A stretch of 64,000 nt of DNA from Nitrosopumilus sp. (GTDB taxonomy: Archaea > Thermoproteota > Nitrososphaeria > Nitrososphaerales > Nitrosopumilaceae). The notes under the pieces are model-generated. The model ran no database searches. It was not told the origin of the DNA and saw nothing but the letters and a program-made list of their open reading frames with translations. The stretch is taken from NCBI GenBank assembly GCA_028377625.1, contig JAONKT010000001.1:16381-80380 (forward strand), written 5' to 3'. Of the stretch, positions 50,236 through 60,440 are shown piece after piece. Positions within the stretch are counted from its first letter, which is position 1, and each line of letters starts with the position of its first letter. The position numbers and the translations under genes were made by a program.

Positions 50236-50901
50236 TTAATCTTCATTAAGTAATTGCTGAATCATTCCATCAATGTGTCCTGTTTGACCAAATGATACGT
50301 CTCTTAGAATTCCTTTTCTATCTACCAAAATTGCTGATGGTGTACCTTGCAGTGAAAAGTTTTCAAATGTTTCAGCAGAATATTCTTTTGATTTCATGTG
50401 GTCTTTTACTCTTTGAATTATTGAATTTCTATAATCTTCTGGTTGTGAATCAAACTCTGGTATCTGTGGATAAATAAACTCCAATATTTTTTCTTGAGTA
50501 ATTTCACCTTCACTTTTTGTTAAATTATCCATTCCTATTGGAAATGGAATTTTAAAAGATAATTTACTCCCTTCTTGCAATTGGCCATACTGTGCTAATG
50601 CACTTTTTGTTTCACCTACTACTTCCCCTGTTTCTACAAGCATTTTCAAATTATCTAAATTATTTTTATCAAAATCTTCAAATGCTGTCGCAAGTCCTAA
50701 TACTCTTACTCCTTCATCCTTATATTTATCATAAATTTTAATTGCATCTGGAATTGCACCCATAAAACATCCTGGACAATTTACTTGAAATACTTCTAAT
50801 AACACAATGTGATCTTTTTCTTGATCAAAATTTGTTGGAGCCCCTTGCACCCAGTCTGAAACTCCAAAGTTTGGTGCTTTTTCACCTATTTTTACTCCCA
50901 T
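50236..50901 (-). CDS. Thioredoxin-fold redoxin (AhpC/TSA/TlpA-like)
   Basis: IGEKAPNF, NCPGC, GTPSAILVDRKG. Confidence 0.88.
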   Translation of the reverse strand: MGVKIGEKAPNFGVSDWVQGAPTNFDQEKDHIVLLEVFQVNCPGCFMGAIPDAIKIYDKYKDEGVRVLGLATAFEDFDKNNLDNLKMLVETGEVVGETKSALAQYGQLQEGSKLSFKIPFPIGMDNLTKSEGEITQEKILEFIYPQIPEFDSQPEDYRNSIIQRVKDHMKSKEYSAETFENFSLQGTPSAILVDRKGILRDVSFGQTGHIDGMIQQLLNED

Positions 50902-51000
50902 ATCACTAAGTAAATTTTTTTACGATAAATACATACCTCTAGATTTTTTTAATTCAGTCTTAAGTAGGCTAATATAGAACACAGAAAATTTCACAGTAAA

Positions 51001-51489
51001 TTGCAAGCAGTAACTGATGAACGACTCGCCCTTTTTGCAGAAATGGAATCAAAATATGAAAATAACGATACAGATTATTTTGTTTCTCTTTTGACTCATT
51101 CTGATTATGTGGTTCGAACTAGAGCTACGTGCATTTTAGTTGATTTTGGTGGTGAGGATAAAATCCCTCATATTGCTCATGTTTTGAAAAATGATGACAA
51201 TGAATTAGTTCGTCATGAAGCTGCTTTTTCACTTGGCCAAATGTCTTATTCTGCGGCTATACCTCCATTAATTGATTCAACTCTAAATGATCCTAGTATG
51301 TTTGTGCGTCACGAAGCTGCAATTGCTTTGGGTGTAGTTGGAAATAAAGAAGCAAAAGAGACTTTACAAAAAGCATTAAACGATCCAGAGACACCTGTAG
51401 TAGAATCTGCAGTTGTTGCTTTATCTAATATTGAATTTATGGAAACTTTAAGTAAGAACGAAAAATTTGCTAAATTAACAGGTGGATGA
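51001..51489 (+). CDS. HEAT-repeat (PBS-lyase-like) protein resembling one half of deoxyhypusine hydroxylase
   Basis: LVRHEAAFSLGQM and FVRHEAAIALG His-Glu motifs. Confidence 0.85.
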   Translation: MQAVTDERLALFAEMESKYENNDTDYFVSLLTHSDYVVRTRATCILVDFGGEDKIPHIAHVLKNDDNELVRHEAAFSLGQMSYSAAIPPLIDSTLNDPSMFVRHEAAIALGVVGNKEAKETLQKALNDPETPVVESAVVALSNIEFMETLSKNEKFAKLTGG

Positions 51490-51490
51490 G

Positions 51491-52291
51491 ATGAATCTTA
51501 CATATGGTGTAATTACAGTTGTTGGAGTTTTAGTTGCAATATCTTTAGCTCTAATTATGGCTGATCCAAATCAAACACCTGAATCTCGTGAACTTGCAAT
51601 TCCTGAAAATAATATTGCTCAAATTGAAGAAGACCTAACTAAACTCTCAGTTAATCCTAGTTTGTTAACTAGTACAAGTAATGTTGGTGACTCACTAGTA
51701 TTCGAAATTGAATTTATGGATGATGATGGTAATATTGTTGATCATGTCAACTATGACGTCTTTGCAACTCAAAATTCTAATTCAATTCTTTCAGATTCTG
51801 CAGCACATCGTCACCCTGGAAAATACCCTGTACATGAAACTAGTACATTAGATGATTCTATAATTGAAATCCAAGTAATTGTTCAAGGTTTAGGACACGG
51901 TGATGACATTTATGGTCCTAAAGGTATTGAAACTGATTTTAGTTTAATTCCTGCAGTTTCTGCACAAACTGCAACTAGTACTGAAATTAAAACTGCAGAT
52001 AATTCTGGCATGAGTATGGATTGTCAAGCATCATTAGATTGTTACACTCCTAGTATTGTTACAGTAAGTGTAGGTGATGTAGTAACTATGATAAATTCTG
52101 ATTCTACTGCTGCAATGCATTCATTCACAGCAGGTACTGTTGATGGATTCACTCCTTCTCCAAGTGGAACATTTGATACTGGTATAATGAGTGCAGATGA
52201 TACTTTTGAATGGACTCCAGAAACTTCTGGCGAAGTGCCATACTACTGTTTACTCCACACTTGGATGCAAGGAACAATTATCGTAGAGTAA
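51491..52291 (+). CDS. Membrane-anchored blue-copper (plastocyanin-like) protein
   Basis: N-terminal TM; type-1 Cu ligands MHSF...YYCLLHTWM; AHRH motif in middle domain. Confidence 0.88.
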   Translation: MNLTYGVITVVGVLVAISLALIMADPNQTPESRELAIPENNIAQIEEDLTKLSVNPSLLTSTSNVGDSLVFEIEFMDDDGNIVDHVNYDVFATQNSNSILSDSAAHRHPGKYPVHETSTLDDSIIEIQVIVQGLGHGDDIYGPKGIETDFSLIPAVSAQTATSTEIKTADNSGMSMDCQASLDCYTPSIVTVSVGDVVTMINSDSTAAMHSFTAGTVDGFTPSPSGTFDTGIMSADDTFEWTPETSGEVPYYCLLHTWMQGTIIVE

Positions 52292-52331
52292 TTTTTTACA
52301 CATTTAATACTTGAAATTTATTTTATAATTT

Positions 52332-52877
52332 ATGACAACTACTGTTAGTAATTCTCCCAAATTTCCTTGTGTTGATTGTCATACTGATTGTTGTAAGGAA
52401 TATACTATTTTTGTTAATGCTCATGATGTTTATCGACTTTCTAATGGTTTGAAATGTAAACCTGAAACTTTTTTGGAGTTAATTGGTGCTAAAGATTATT
52501 CTCTTGGAATTAAAGTTGAAGAAGGTTTGGTAGACCTTGCTTTGAAACAAAAAAATAATGCATGTGAATTTCTTGAAGAAACTGATGGAGTTTTTAGATG
52601 TACAGTTAATGATTTCAAACCAGGTGTGTGCAAATCATATCCATTTGAAATGGAAAATGGCAAATTATCTCAAATGAGTGATATTATGTGCCCTACTGAT
52701 TGGGATCTTACTGGTTTTAAAGAAATGATGGTACCTCATTTACAAAAAGATGAATCTGAATGGAAGTTTTATGATCAACTAGTAAAGGAATGGAATTCAA
52801 AACATGAAGGGGAATCATTATCCATATTTCTAAAATTTATGTTAAATCAAGTTGAATTATCTCTTAAAGTGCAATAA
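52332..52877 (+). CDS. YkgJ/CxxCxxCC cysteine-cluster protein
   Basis: CVDCHTDCC...CEFL...CTV...KPGVCKSYPF...CP. Confidence 0.9.
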   Translation: MTTTVSNSPKFPCVDCHTDCCKEYTIFVNAHDVYRLSNGLKCKPETFLELIGAKDYSLGIKVEEGLVDLALKQKNNACEFLEETDGVFRCTVNDFKPGVCKSYPFEMENGKLSQMSDIMCPTDWDLTGFKEMMVPHLQKDESEWKFYDQLVKEWNSKHEGESLSIFLKFMLNQVELSLKVQ

Positions 52878-54933
52878 CTTTACTTCCTTCTTCTTTTGAT
52901 TCAAATTTGTAAATCTGTTCAACGTTTGAATCTTCAAAAATTTCTGCATCGTGAGTGATGATTAAAAATTGCATTGGTGTTTGTGAGTTTGAAATCTCTG
53001 TTAATTGAGATAATACTCTAACCAATGATTTCTTCCTTTCAGCATCAAGATGTGTTGTTGGTTCATCAAGTATCATAAGATTTAGGTTTGATGAGCCTAG
53101 TAAACTTGCCATTCCCAATCGTAATGCTAATGCCACGCTTACCTTTTCCCCTCCACTAAGTGATTCTAATTCTAGAACCTCTGTTTTTGAATAACAGGCA
53201 ATTGATACATCTCTGGCTTTTTCTGATAATGCAATTCTTTGAATTTTTGTATTTAGAAATGATAGATATTCTGAAGCTTTAACTGAAATTGAATTTAATG
53301 CCCATGATCTTAAGCTTGTTGCAACAGAACCGTCTCTGCTGAAAATATTTGTTTGAACTTTATCTAATTTTGAAACATATTTTTTTACTATTTTAAGTTC
53401 TAAAATTACTTTTTCAATTGTTTCTATTTGTCTTTTGGCTTTATCTATCTTCTCTAAAATTCCCCCTATCTGTTGATCCATTTGAGATAAACTGGTTTGT
53501 TTTTCTGATATTTTATTTTTAAGATTTAAAAATTCTTTTTCACTGAATCCTTTTGTATCTACTTCTAATTTTAAAATATTTTCAAAAATCACTTTCGAAT
53601 GATCATCAATTTGTGATATTTCTTTTAAATCATTATTGTTCCTCATTGGTAATTTTGCTTTTTGAATCTCAGCCTCTTTTTGAATTTCCATTAATTCCTG
53701 TTTTGTGTTTATTGAATGTGCTCTAAGAGTTGCTTCTGCATCTCTTGTTTTTTGTAATTTTTCTAAAAAGTCTTTCTTCTTTTGAGTATACATGTCTCGT
53801 TCTTTTTCTTTTAGTTTGATACTTTCTTGTAATTTGATTATCTCTTCTTTGATATGTTCTTCTTGAAAAAATGGATTTAATTTTTCTACAATTGAATCAC
53901 ACACTGGACATTTGTTATCTTTTAATTGTAATTTTGATGCAAGAATTTGTTTTTCTTTTAAAGATGCAATTTGACTTGTCATTTCTTGAATTTTTCTTAA
54001 TGTGTCCTCTACTGCTTCTTCAACTTTCTGGATTTTTGACTCAAAATCAACTTTTAGTTTAATTTCCTCAAAACACCCTTCACAATCACGTATTTTACGC
54101 TCATTTTCACTAATTTTTTGCTGAATCTCTTTCATTGTTTCTTTAACATATCTTATTAGCTCATCTTTTCGTAATTCTAATTGCTTGATTTTGTCAACTT
54201 TTGGTGTTTCAAATTCTAATTTTTTTTGCAATTTTTTTAATTCTTCGTGAATCTGTTTTTGCTTTCGTTCTAGTTGGTTTTTTTCAGGTTCTGCTTCTTT
54301 TATCTCAATATGTGATCTTTCAAGATCTCGTTCTAAAATCTCAATATGTGTATCATCATATCCTAAATCTGTTTTTATTTTTTCACGAAATTCTTTTGTT
54401 ACTTTTTTCATGGATTCAGATGCCACATCTAATTTGTCTATTCCAATTATAGCATTGAGTAATTCTTTGAATTCTTTTGGTTTTGCATTAATTATTGAAT
54501 TTAATTCACCTTGTTGAACAATTGATGCTATTTTTAATTTCTCAAAATCCATGCCTATTGTTTTTTCAACTTGTTCTGTCATTGATTCTCCAAATTGTTT
54601 TCTCTCTCCTGCTGCAATTTCTACTCTGCCCTCATTAGTTATTTCAGAAAATGTTGCAACTAAGCCCCCTTTACTATCAATTTTTCTTACTGTTTCATAC
54701 TGTTTACCATTTATTGAAAATTCTATTTTTGAATAACCCTGGTTTGAACCTCTTTTAATCAATCCTTTGTTTGATTTTCTTGTATGTTGTCCAAATAATG
54801 AAAATGTAATTCCATCTATGATGCTTGATTTTCCTGCACCGTTTTCTCCTACAAAAATTGTTACTCCTTTTTCAAACTCTAATTTTGTTTCTGAATGTGC
54901 TAGAAAATCTCCTAATTCAATTGAAGTAATCAT
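52864..54933 (-). CDS. rad50: DNA double-strand break repair ATPase Rad50
   Basis: GENGAGKSS, QQGE, CPVC hook, LSGGE, LDEPT. Confidence 0.95.
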   Translation of the reverse strand: MITSIELGDFLAHSETKLEFEKGVTIFVGENGAGKSSIIDGITFSLFGQHTRKSNKGLIKRGSNQGYSKIEFSINGKQYETVRKIDSKGGLVATFSEITNEGRVEIAAGERKQFGESMTEQVEKTIGMDFEKLKIASIVQQGELNSIINAKPKEFKELLNAIIGIDKLDVASESMKKVTKEFREKIKTDLGYDDTHIEILERDLERSHIEIKEAEPEKNQLERKQKQIHEELKKLQKKLEFETPKVDKIKQLELRKDELIRYVKETMKEIQQKISENERKIRDCEGCFEEIKLKVDFESKIQKVEEAVEDTLRKIQEMTSQIASLKEKQILASKLQLKDNKCPVCDSIVEKLNPFFQEEHIKEEIIKLQESIKLKEKERDMYTQKKKDFLEKLQKTRDAEATLRAHSINTKQELMEIQKEAEIQKAKLPMRNNNDLKEISQIDDHSKVIFENILKLEVDTKGFSEKEFLNLKNKISEKQTSLSQMDQQIGGILEKIDKAKRQIETIEKVILELKIVKKYVSKLDKVQTNIFSRDGSVATSLRSWALNSISVKASEYLSFLNTKIQRIALSEKARDVSIACYSKTEVLELESLSGGEKVSVALALRLGMASLLGSSNLNLMILDEPTTHLDAERKKSLVRVLSQLTEISNSQTPMQFLIITHDAEIFEDSNVEQIYKFESKEEGSKVIAL

Positions 54934-56072
54934 TGTTTTTCCTCTTTTTTGAATTTTTCATAATCGTGTAAAATTATTTCTAACGCTTCATTCATTCCAT
55001 CTGTTGTTAGTGTCGGTAGGAGTTCTTTAATTGCAAAATCTGCATCTTTTTCTGAATCTAATATTTTTGCTGAAAGTCTAAATATTTCATCTTCAATTAC
55101 ACTTGGTCTATCTAGAAATACTGATGAATCTGATATCTGCTTTGTAGTAATTTTCCAAAAACATCTTAGTGATAATGCATTTAATCTGGCAATTTGTGCC
55201 TGAATTTGGTCTGTTTCTATCTCTTCGCCTTGTATTTTTACTTCAATAATTGGTTTTTTTGTAAGATTACTGATTTTTTCTATGATTTGATCAATTGTTT
55301 TTGGTAATTCTTTGTATTCTGTATCAAATGAAAATTGAGGTCTTGTGTCTAATTCAATCCATTTTGGTACTGCTTCATCTCCTGAAATATCTACCTCAAA
55401 AAAACCTTTTTTGATATCCTTAATTCCTTCACTAGTTGTTAATTCAATTGAACCTGGATATGCAATTGGACCTTTTAGATGATTGAATTGTTTGATATCT
55501 TTATCATGTAAATGTCCCATTGCATAATATGTGAAATTTTTTGGTAAATCTGTTGACTGTAACTCTCCTGCAAATTTGTTAAATTCTGTAATTCCTTGAT
55601 GTAGTACCAATATTTTATGTCCTGCAAATTTTTCTACACTTTTATCTAGATTTGAAAATACTTCTTCGTATTGAGACATTTCTGTTTTTCTAATTTTGTC
55701 TAATCCTGCTAACATTATTCCTTTGTATTCTATTGGCTTGCCATTGCCTATGTATTTTGAAAATCCTAAATTATGGTAGATGTATGGAATTGGTGTTGTT
55801 CTAATTCTACTGATATCATGTTCACCTAAAATAAAAAATGAATCTATGTTATTTTCTTTTAATCTTTTTAATGCATTTCCCATTTGTACTATTGCAGTTC
55901 CATTTGGATTAGGCACATGAAAAATATCTCCTGCAAAAATTACAAAATCTATATTATCTTCAATTGATTTATCGATTGCTTGATTAAAAACATCATACAC
56001 ATCTTCCTCCCTTTCATTGGAACCATATTGAACTAATCCCAAATGTGTATCTGAAATATGTGCAAATAACAT
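54930..56072 (-). CDS. mre11: Mre11 nuclease
   Basis: HISDTHLG, AGDIF, GEHD, MGHLH, YPGS. Confidence 0.95.
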   Translation of the reverse strand: MLFAHISDTHLGLVQYGSNEREEDVYDVFNQAIDKSIEDNIDFVIFAGDIFHVPNPNGTAIVQMGNALKRLKENNIDSFFILGEHDISRIRTTPIPYIYHNLGFSKYIGNGKPIEYKGIMLAGLDKIRKTEMSQYEEVFSNLDKSVEKFAGHKILVLHQGITEFNKFAGELQSTDLPKNFTYYAMGHLHDKDIKQFNHLKGPIAYPGSIELTTSEGIKDIKKGFFEVDISGDEAVPKWIELDTRPQFSFDTEYKELPKTIDQIIEKISNLTKKPIIEVKIQGEEIETDQIQAQIARLNALSLRCFWKITTKQISDSSVFLDRPSVIEDEIFRLSAKILDSEKDADFAIKELLPTLTTDGMNEALEIILHDYEKFKKEEKQ

Positions 56073-57604
56073 TAGTCTAATAACAAATCTTTTTGAACTA
56101 ATCCTTGTGTAGATTCTACTCCGACATTTTTCATTTTATCTGCCTTTATCCAAGCTTTAGTTGCACTTTGATCTGCTCCCATTTTCTTTTCTTTGACTTC
56201 TTCAACATGAACCATTGATGGTAAATTCGTCCATTGACCCACAAGAACTGCATCTCCTACGTTTAATGACGTCAATTGTGATATCAATTCACGACTAGTT
56301 GACTCTGTGGCTGAGGCTATTTGTCTTTGATCATCTTCTTGAATGATTTTCATTATTGCAAATGAGCCCATCTGGCTGAGGATGTTTAAATCTACACTAC
56401 GTGGTCTTTGTGATACTATTGCTAAACCCACTCCAAATTTTCTTCCTTCTCTTGCAATTTTTGCAGCCCAATACTTTGCTGCAGTATCGTGATCTTTTGG
56501 AATGAATACGTGTGCTTCTTCAAGGATTATGAAAACTGGTTCAAAGAATTTGTAATCTTTTTGTTTCTTTGATTTTCCATGTTTTGCTATAGTTGCATTT
56601 TTTCTATCTTTTAGTAATTGCTGTAAATAAAATCCCATTGCTACATTTGCTTGTTTTTCTGATAATTCTGAAATGTTAATGATGTTTGTACATCCTTCTT
56701 TAATGTAGTCCATTGGATTTCCAATTTCTGGATCTAAAATATCATCAAATCTTCTTTGTGCATCTTCTATGATGTCTTGTACTCTGTATGCTGATGTTCT
56801 AATTTCTTTTAATTTTTTATCTTCAGAATTTACAAGTAAATCTACTTCATATTCTAATTTATTCCAAAATTCTCCTGCTTCCTTTACTTCTTGAGTAAAT
56901 GACATTCTTAAAACTCGTTGTTGTACATCTGCATTTTCCCTAATTTCTAATACTTCTGAAAATTGATCTGCTTCAAGTAATCTTGGATTAATTTTTGCAT
57001 CAATCACATTAACATTTGGAATATTCAACGTTGTGTAGTCATTGTGATAATCAAAAATTATTACTGTTCCTTTTACTTCTGAAATTTTTTTTGTAATTAA
57101 TGAAACTAAATTACTTTTACCCATTCCAGTCATAGCTAGAATTCCTAGATGTCTTGAAACTATTCTGTCTAGATTAATTTTAGCTTCGATTTTTTTATTT
57201 CGTAACAAATTTCCAATTTTTAACCAACCGTCTTTTTTTGGACTGAAAATTTCTTCTAAATCCTGATTTGTTGGTTGTGTAATTTGTGTGCCTGGAATTG
57301 GTGGAATTGCAGGAATTATTGACTGACCTCTGCGTAAATTCTCTAAAAATCCTAAAATTCCTATGTGTGCTGTGAATGTTTTATCTCTCTTATTGATATC
57401 TGCAATTTCTGTACTTTCTTCTGCTTCATGAAAATTTCTGACATCTGTAAATGCTGCACTTGATACTGATGATCTCTCAACTAATCCTAAAATTTCTCCT
57501 TCGTCAATACTAATTTTGATATATTCCCCAACTGATAATGATCGTGATGTAATTGCCGTCACTGATGTAGGTTTTGATTCTCCAACAACAAAACCTAAAC
57601 TCAT
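56072..57604 (-). CDS. herA: HerA bipolar helicase
   Basis: RHLGILAMTGMGKS, LEEAH, REGRKFG, SQRP. Confidence 0.95.
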   Translation of the reverse strand: MSLGFVVGESKPTSVTAITSRSLSVGEYIKISIDEGEILGLVERSSVSSAAFTDVRNFHEAEESTEIADINKRDKTFTAHIGILGFLENLRRGQSIIPAIPPIPGTQITQPTNQDLEEIFSPKKDGWLKIGNLLRNKKIEAKINLDRIVSRHLGILAMTGMGKSNLVSLITKKISEVKGTVIIFDYHNDYTTLNIPNVNVIDAKINPRLLEADQFSEVLEIRENADVQQRVLRMSFTQEVKEAGEFWNKLEYEVDLLVNSEDKKLKEIRTSAYRVQDIIEDAQRRFDDILDPEIGNPMDYIKEGCTNIINISELSEKQANVAMGFYLQQLLKDRKNATIAKHGKSKKQKDYKFFEPVFIILEEAHVFIPKDHDTAAKYWAAKIAREGRKFGVGLAIVSQRPRSVDLNILSQMGSFAIMKIIQEDDQRQIASATESTSRELISQLTSLNVGDAVLVGQWTNLPSMVHVEEVKEKKMGADQSATKAWIKADKMKNVGVESTQGLVQKDLLLD

Positions 57605-58437
57605 CCTAATACCTCTCTTGAACCAATTTCATTACTCAATCCTAACAAACTAACCATTTTACCAAGTTCTTTGTCTGATATTTTACAGTTGTTGTGTGCA
57701 AGCTTTAGTGCATATGGATATCCGCCTACACTGGTTTTAAACAGTTTATTCATTATTGATTTCACTTCATCATTATCATGTTTTCCTCCTAAAAATTCTA
57801 ATTTGATAATTGGTGTTGAATCACTTAATCTTACAAATGTTGATGAGATAATTTTATCTGGTCCATAATTTCTTTCTACAAATATTTCACTAAAACCTGG
57901 ACCGTTTGTTACATGATTGTAATAAAAAATATCTCCTGCAAGTGATCCTAAATTCTCAAATTGTTTTTTTGTATTTGATGTTTTTGCAATAAAAATAACA
58001 TTTCTTTTTTTATTCATTGTTCTAACAACTTGTGCATCTAGTGCTGATTGTCTTGTCATAAATTGAGAATGTAGTGAACCATCCATTAAAACTAAATCTA
58101 CTTCGTCTACTGTTTTTTCACATGCATCAATCTCCATTTTACTTGCAATCCTTGAAAGATCCGTGTCTGAACCTAATCCTGAATCATGAAGATCAACAAG
58201 GATATCTCCATCAGATTTTATTGAAACTGCTGTAGTTGCCCATAATTCAATGCCTTGAAATTTTGTATTGTTGAAACTACTATCAATACCTGCTGTGATC
58301 ACCTCTTCTTTAGTAGGCGTGAAATCATTCCAATTTGCCTGTGCTTTATGTAAAATTTGTTCAAATTTAGGACCTTTTAGAATCGATAACATTTTTTCTC
58401 TATTAATAATGGCATCTTTGTAAACTGTATTGAGCAC
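57601..58437 (-). CDS. nurA: NurA nuclease
   Basis: AGIDSS, LMDGSL, IAKTS, GYPYALKLAH. Confidence 0.95.
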   Translation of the reverse strand: MLNTVYKDAIINREKMLSILKGPKFEQILHKAQANWNDFTPTKEEVITAGIDSSFNNTKFQGIELWATTAVSIKSDGDILVDLHDSGLGSDTDLSRIASKMEIDACEKTVDEVDLVLMDGSLHSQFMTRQSALDAQVVRTMNKKRNVIFIAKTSNTKKQFENLGSLAGDIFYYNHVTNGPGFSEIFVERNYGPDKIISSTFVRLSDSTPIIKLEFLGGKHDNDEVKSIMNKLFKTSVGGYPYALKLAHNNCKISDKELGKMVSLLGLSNEIGSREVLG

Positions 58438-58512
58438 AACAATACTTGGTATGTTTGAATAAAATCTTTAGGTTATGTTGATATTTGACAAAGATGATCC
58501 ATTAAAACAACT

Positions 58513-59463
58513 TTATCCAATCTTACCTTTCAAAATCACTTTTTCATCTGAATTTGATGGAGTGGTTCTATCAATGTATTTTATTTGATACCACTCTCCA
58601 ATATGGATAATTTTATTATCAATTTGACGTGGAATTTTGATTTGTACTTCAAATATGTTTGTGTTAGGTCCTGTTTCAATCAAATAATTGGAGTTAGCAT
58701 CAAATTTTGGATTTGCAAGAGTAGTTTTAATTCCTCCTTCACTTCTAAATTCTAATTGACTAATTGAAATTCTATCTTCATCTCTGGAATCTCTATTTGC
58801 ATCTGGTTCATACAGTCTAAGGATAAACTCACGTCCAATTTTTGAACCTTCTCCAGAAGTCTCAATTTCAGCAAATGTTTTTGTTAATGGAATTGACTTT
58901 ACTCGGATACTTTGTTCTCCTGATAGATTGGATTTGTCTAAATATTTTATCAAAACAACGTCGTCTTGACTTAGTTGTTTACCATTAATTGTTTGAGGTA
59001 ATTTTAATTTTAGATAAAATTTACCTGTATTATATCCAGTTTCAATCATCTTTTCAGGCCCTTGAATTGAAATTCCATTTACTGTAAATTCAAAAAGCCC
59101 TTCAGTCGATACTACTTCCATCCCTCGATGCGACAAATTCAAATCATGATCTGTAATGTACAAATTTACTACAGACATGCTTGATGCTGGAACTGTTGTA
59201 ATCTCAAAATCTGTTTTTATTGTGTTTGTATCTTGTAAAATTCCTCTTTCTTGCATTTTATCTTCAGTTTCTGATTTTACACATGCTGGCATTCCGTTTG
59301 TTCGAATAACTAACTCTAATTCATCTCTACAGAGAATATTTTCTGGTGAAATTCCATCTTTCATTTGCTTTCTTGGAGATTCTGTTTCTGCATTTATAGG
59401 ACACATAAATGAAAATATCCACAAAAATGTTATTCCTAAAATTATTTTTTTATTAATTAACAC
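58513..59463 (-). CDS. Secreted protein with two S-layer-like repeats
   Basis: Signal peptide; SPRKQM..C...PACVK module; two D.[DN]LN/DAN...ETG.NT..F...Y.D repeats. Confidence 0.75.
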   Translation of the reverse strand: MLINKKIILGITFLWIFSFMCPINAETESPRKQMKDGISPENILCRDELELVIRTNGMPACVKSETEDKMQERGILQDTNTIKTDFEITTVPASSMSVVNLYITDHDLNLSHRGMEVVSTEGLFEFTVNGISIQGPEKMIETGYNTGKFYLKLKLPQTINGKQLSQDDVVLIKYLDKSNLSGEQSIRVKSIPLTKTFAEIETSGEGSKIGREFILRLYEPDANRDSRDEDRISISQLEFRSEGGIKTTLANPKFDANSNYLIETGPNTNIFEVQIKIPRQIDNKIIHIGEWYQIKYIDRTTPSNSDEKVILKGKIG

Positions 59464-59530
59464 TACTACAGTGATTCTCTTTTTTATTTTAAACTATCAT
59501 TAATTAAGAGAACTTTTCTATTCTGATCAT

Positions 59531-60349
59531 ATGAAAAAAATTGGTTTATTGGGTTGTGGTGTAATGGGTACTCAGATTGCACTTGCAATTGATTCTGGTA
59601 AAATTCCTGGAATTTTGACACATGTTTATGATGATTCAAAAGATGCATCTTCTATACTTGTTTCAAAATTAAATAACAAGCCAGTAATTGTAGAGAATTC
59701 TCATTTACTATCTTCACATTCTGTAAATATTATAGTTGAAGCAGCATCTCAAAATGCAGTAAGGGATGATGGATTAAGTATTTTACAAAATAAACGTGAT
59801 TTTATGATTATGAGTGTGGGTGCATTATTGGATGAATCTATTTATGATATTTTATATGATGCATGTGATCATTTTAAAAAAACAATTTATCTTCCATCAG
59901 GGGCAATTGCTGGATTAGATGGTTTAAAATCAATTAAAGATGAATTAGAATCTGTATCCATTACTACGATAAAACATCCTCGTTCATTAAAGGGTGCAAA
60001 ATTTTTTGAAACTTCTGAAATTAATTTGGATTCAATTAATTCTCAAACTATTATTTTTGAAGGAACTGCACGTGACGCAGTTTCACTATTCCCTACAAAT
60101 GTCAATGTAGCTGCACTTGTATCTTTATCTGGAATTGGCAGTGATAAGACATCAGTAAAAATTATAGCTGATCCTGATACTGAGAAAAATACTCATCATA
60201 TTGAAGCAATAGGAAAATCTGGAAAAATGACTTTTACTATTGAAAATATGCCAGATCCACAAAATCCTAAAACCAGTAAATTAGCAATTTTATCTGCAAT
60301 TGAAACCTTGAGACAATATTGCTCAGATGACATTCAAATTGGTACATAA
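59531..60349 (+). CDS. nadX: L-aspartate dehydrogenase
   Basis: GCGVMG, EAAS, SGAIAGLD, FPTNVNVAA, NPKTS; adjacent to nadA. Confidence 0.93.
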   Translation: MKKIGLLGCGVMGTQIALAIDSGKIPGILTHVYDDSKDASSILVSKLNNKPVIVENSHLLSSHSVNIIVEAASQNAVRDDGLSILQNKRDFMIMSVGALLDESIYDILYDACDHFKKTIYLPSGAIAGLDGLKSIKDELESVSITTIKHPRSLKGAKFFETSEINLDSINSQTIIFEGTARDAVSLFPTNVNVAALVSLSGIGSDKTSVKIIADPDTEKNTHHIEAIGKSGKMTFTIENMPDPQNPKTSKLAILSAIETLRQYCSDDIQIGT

Positions 60350-60440
60350 ATGGCAAAACTTGCCACCTTTAGAGAATCTATAGAAGATTATAGACTATTT
60401 CATATTCTTTAAATTTACATATATTCAATTTTTTTCGATA

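Noticed and set aside
52864-58437. HerA/nuclease/SMC cluster as an anti-phage defence system
   Set aside because: It is the canonical archaeal nurA-herA-mre11-rad50 repair operon.
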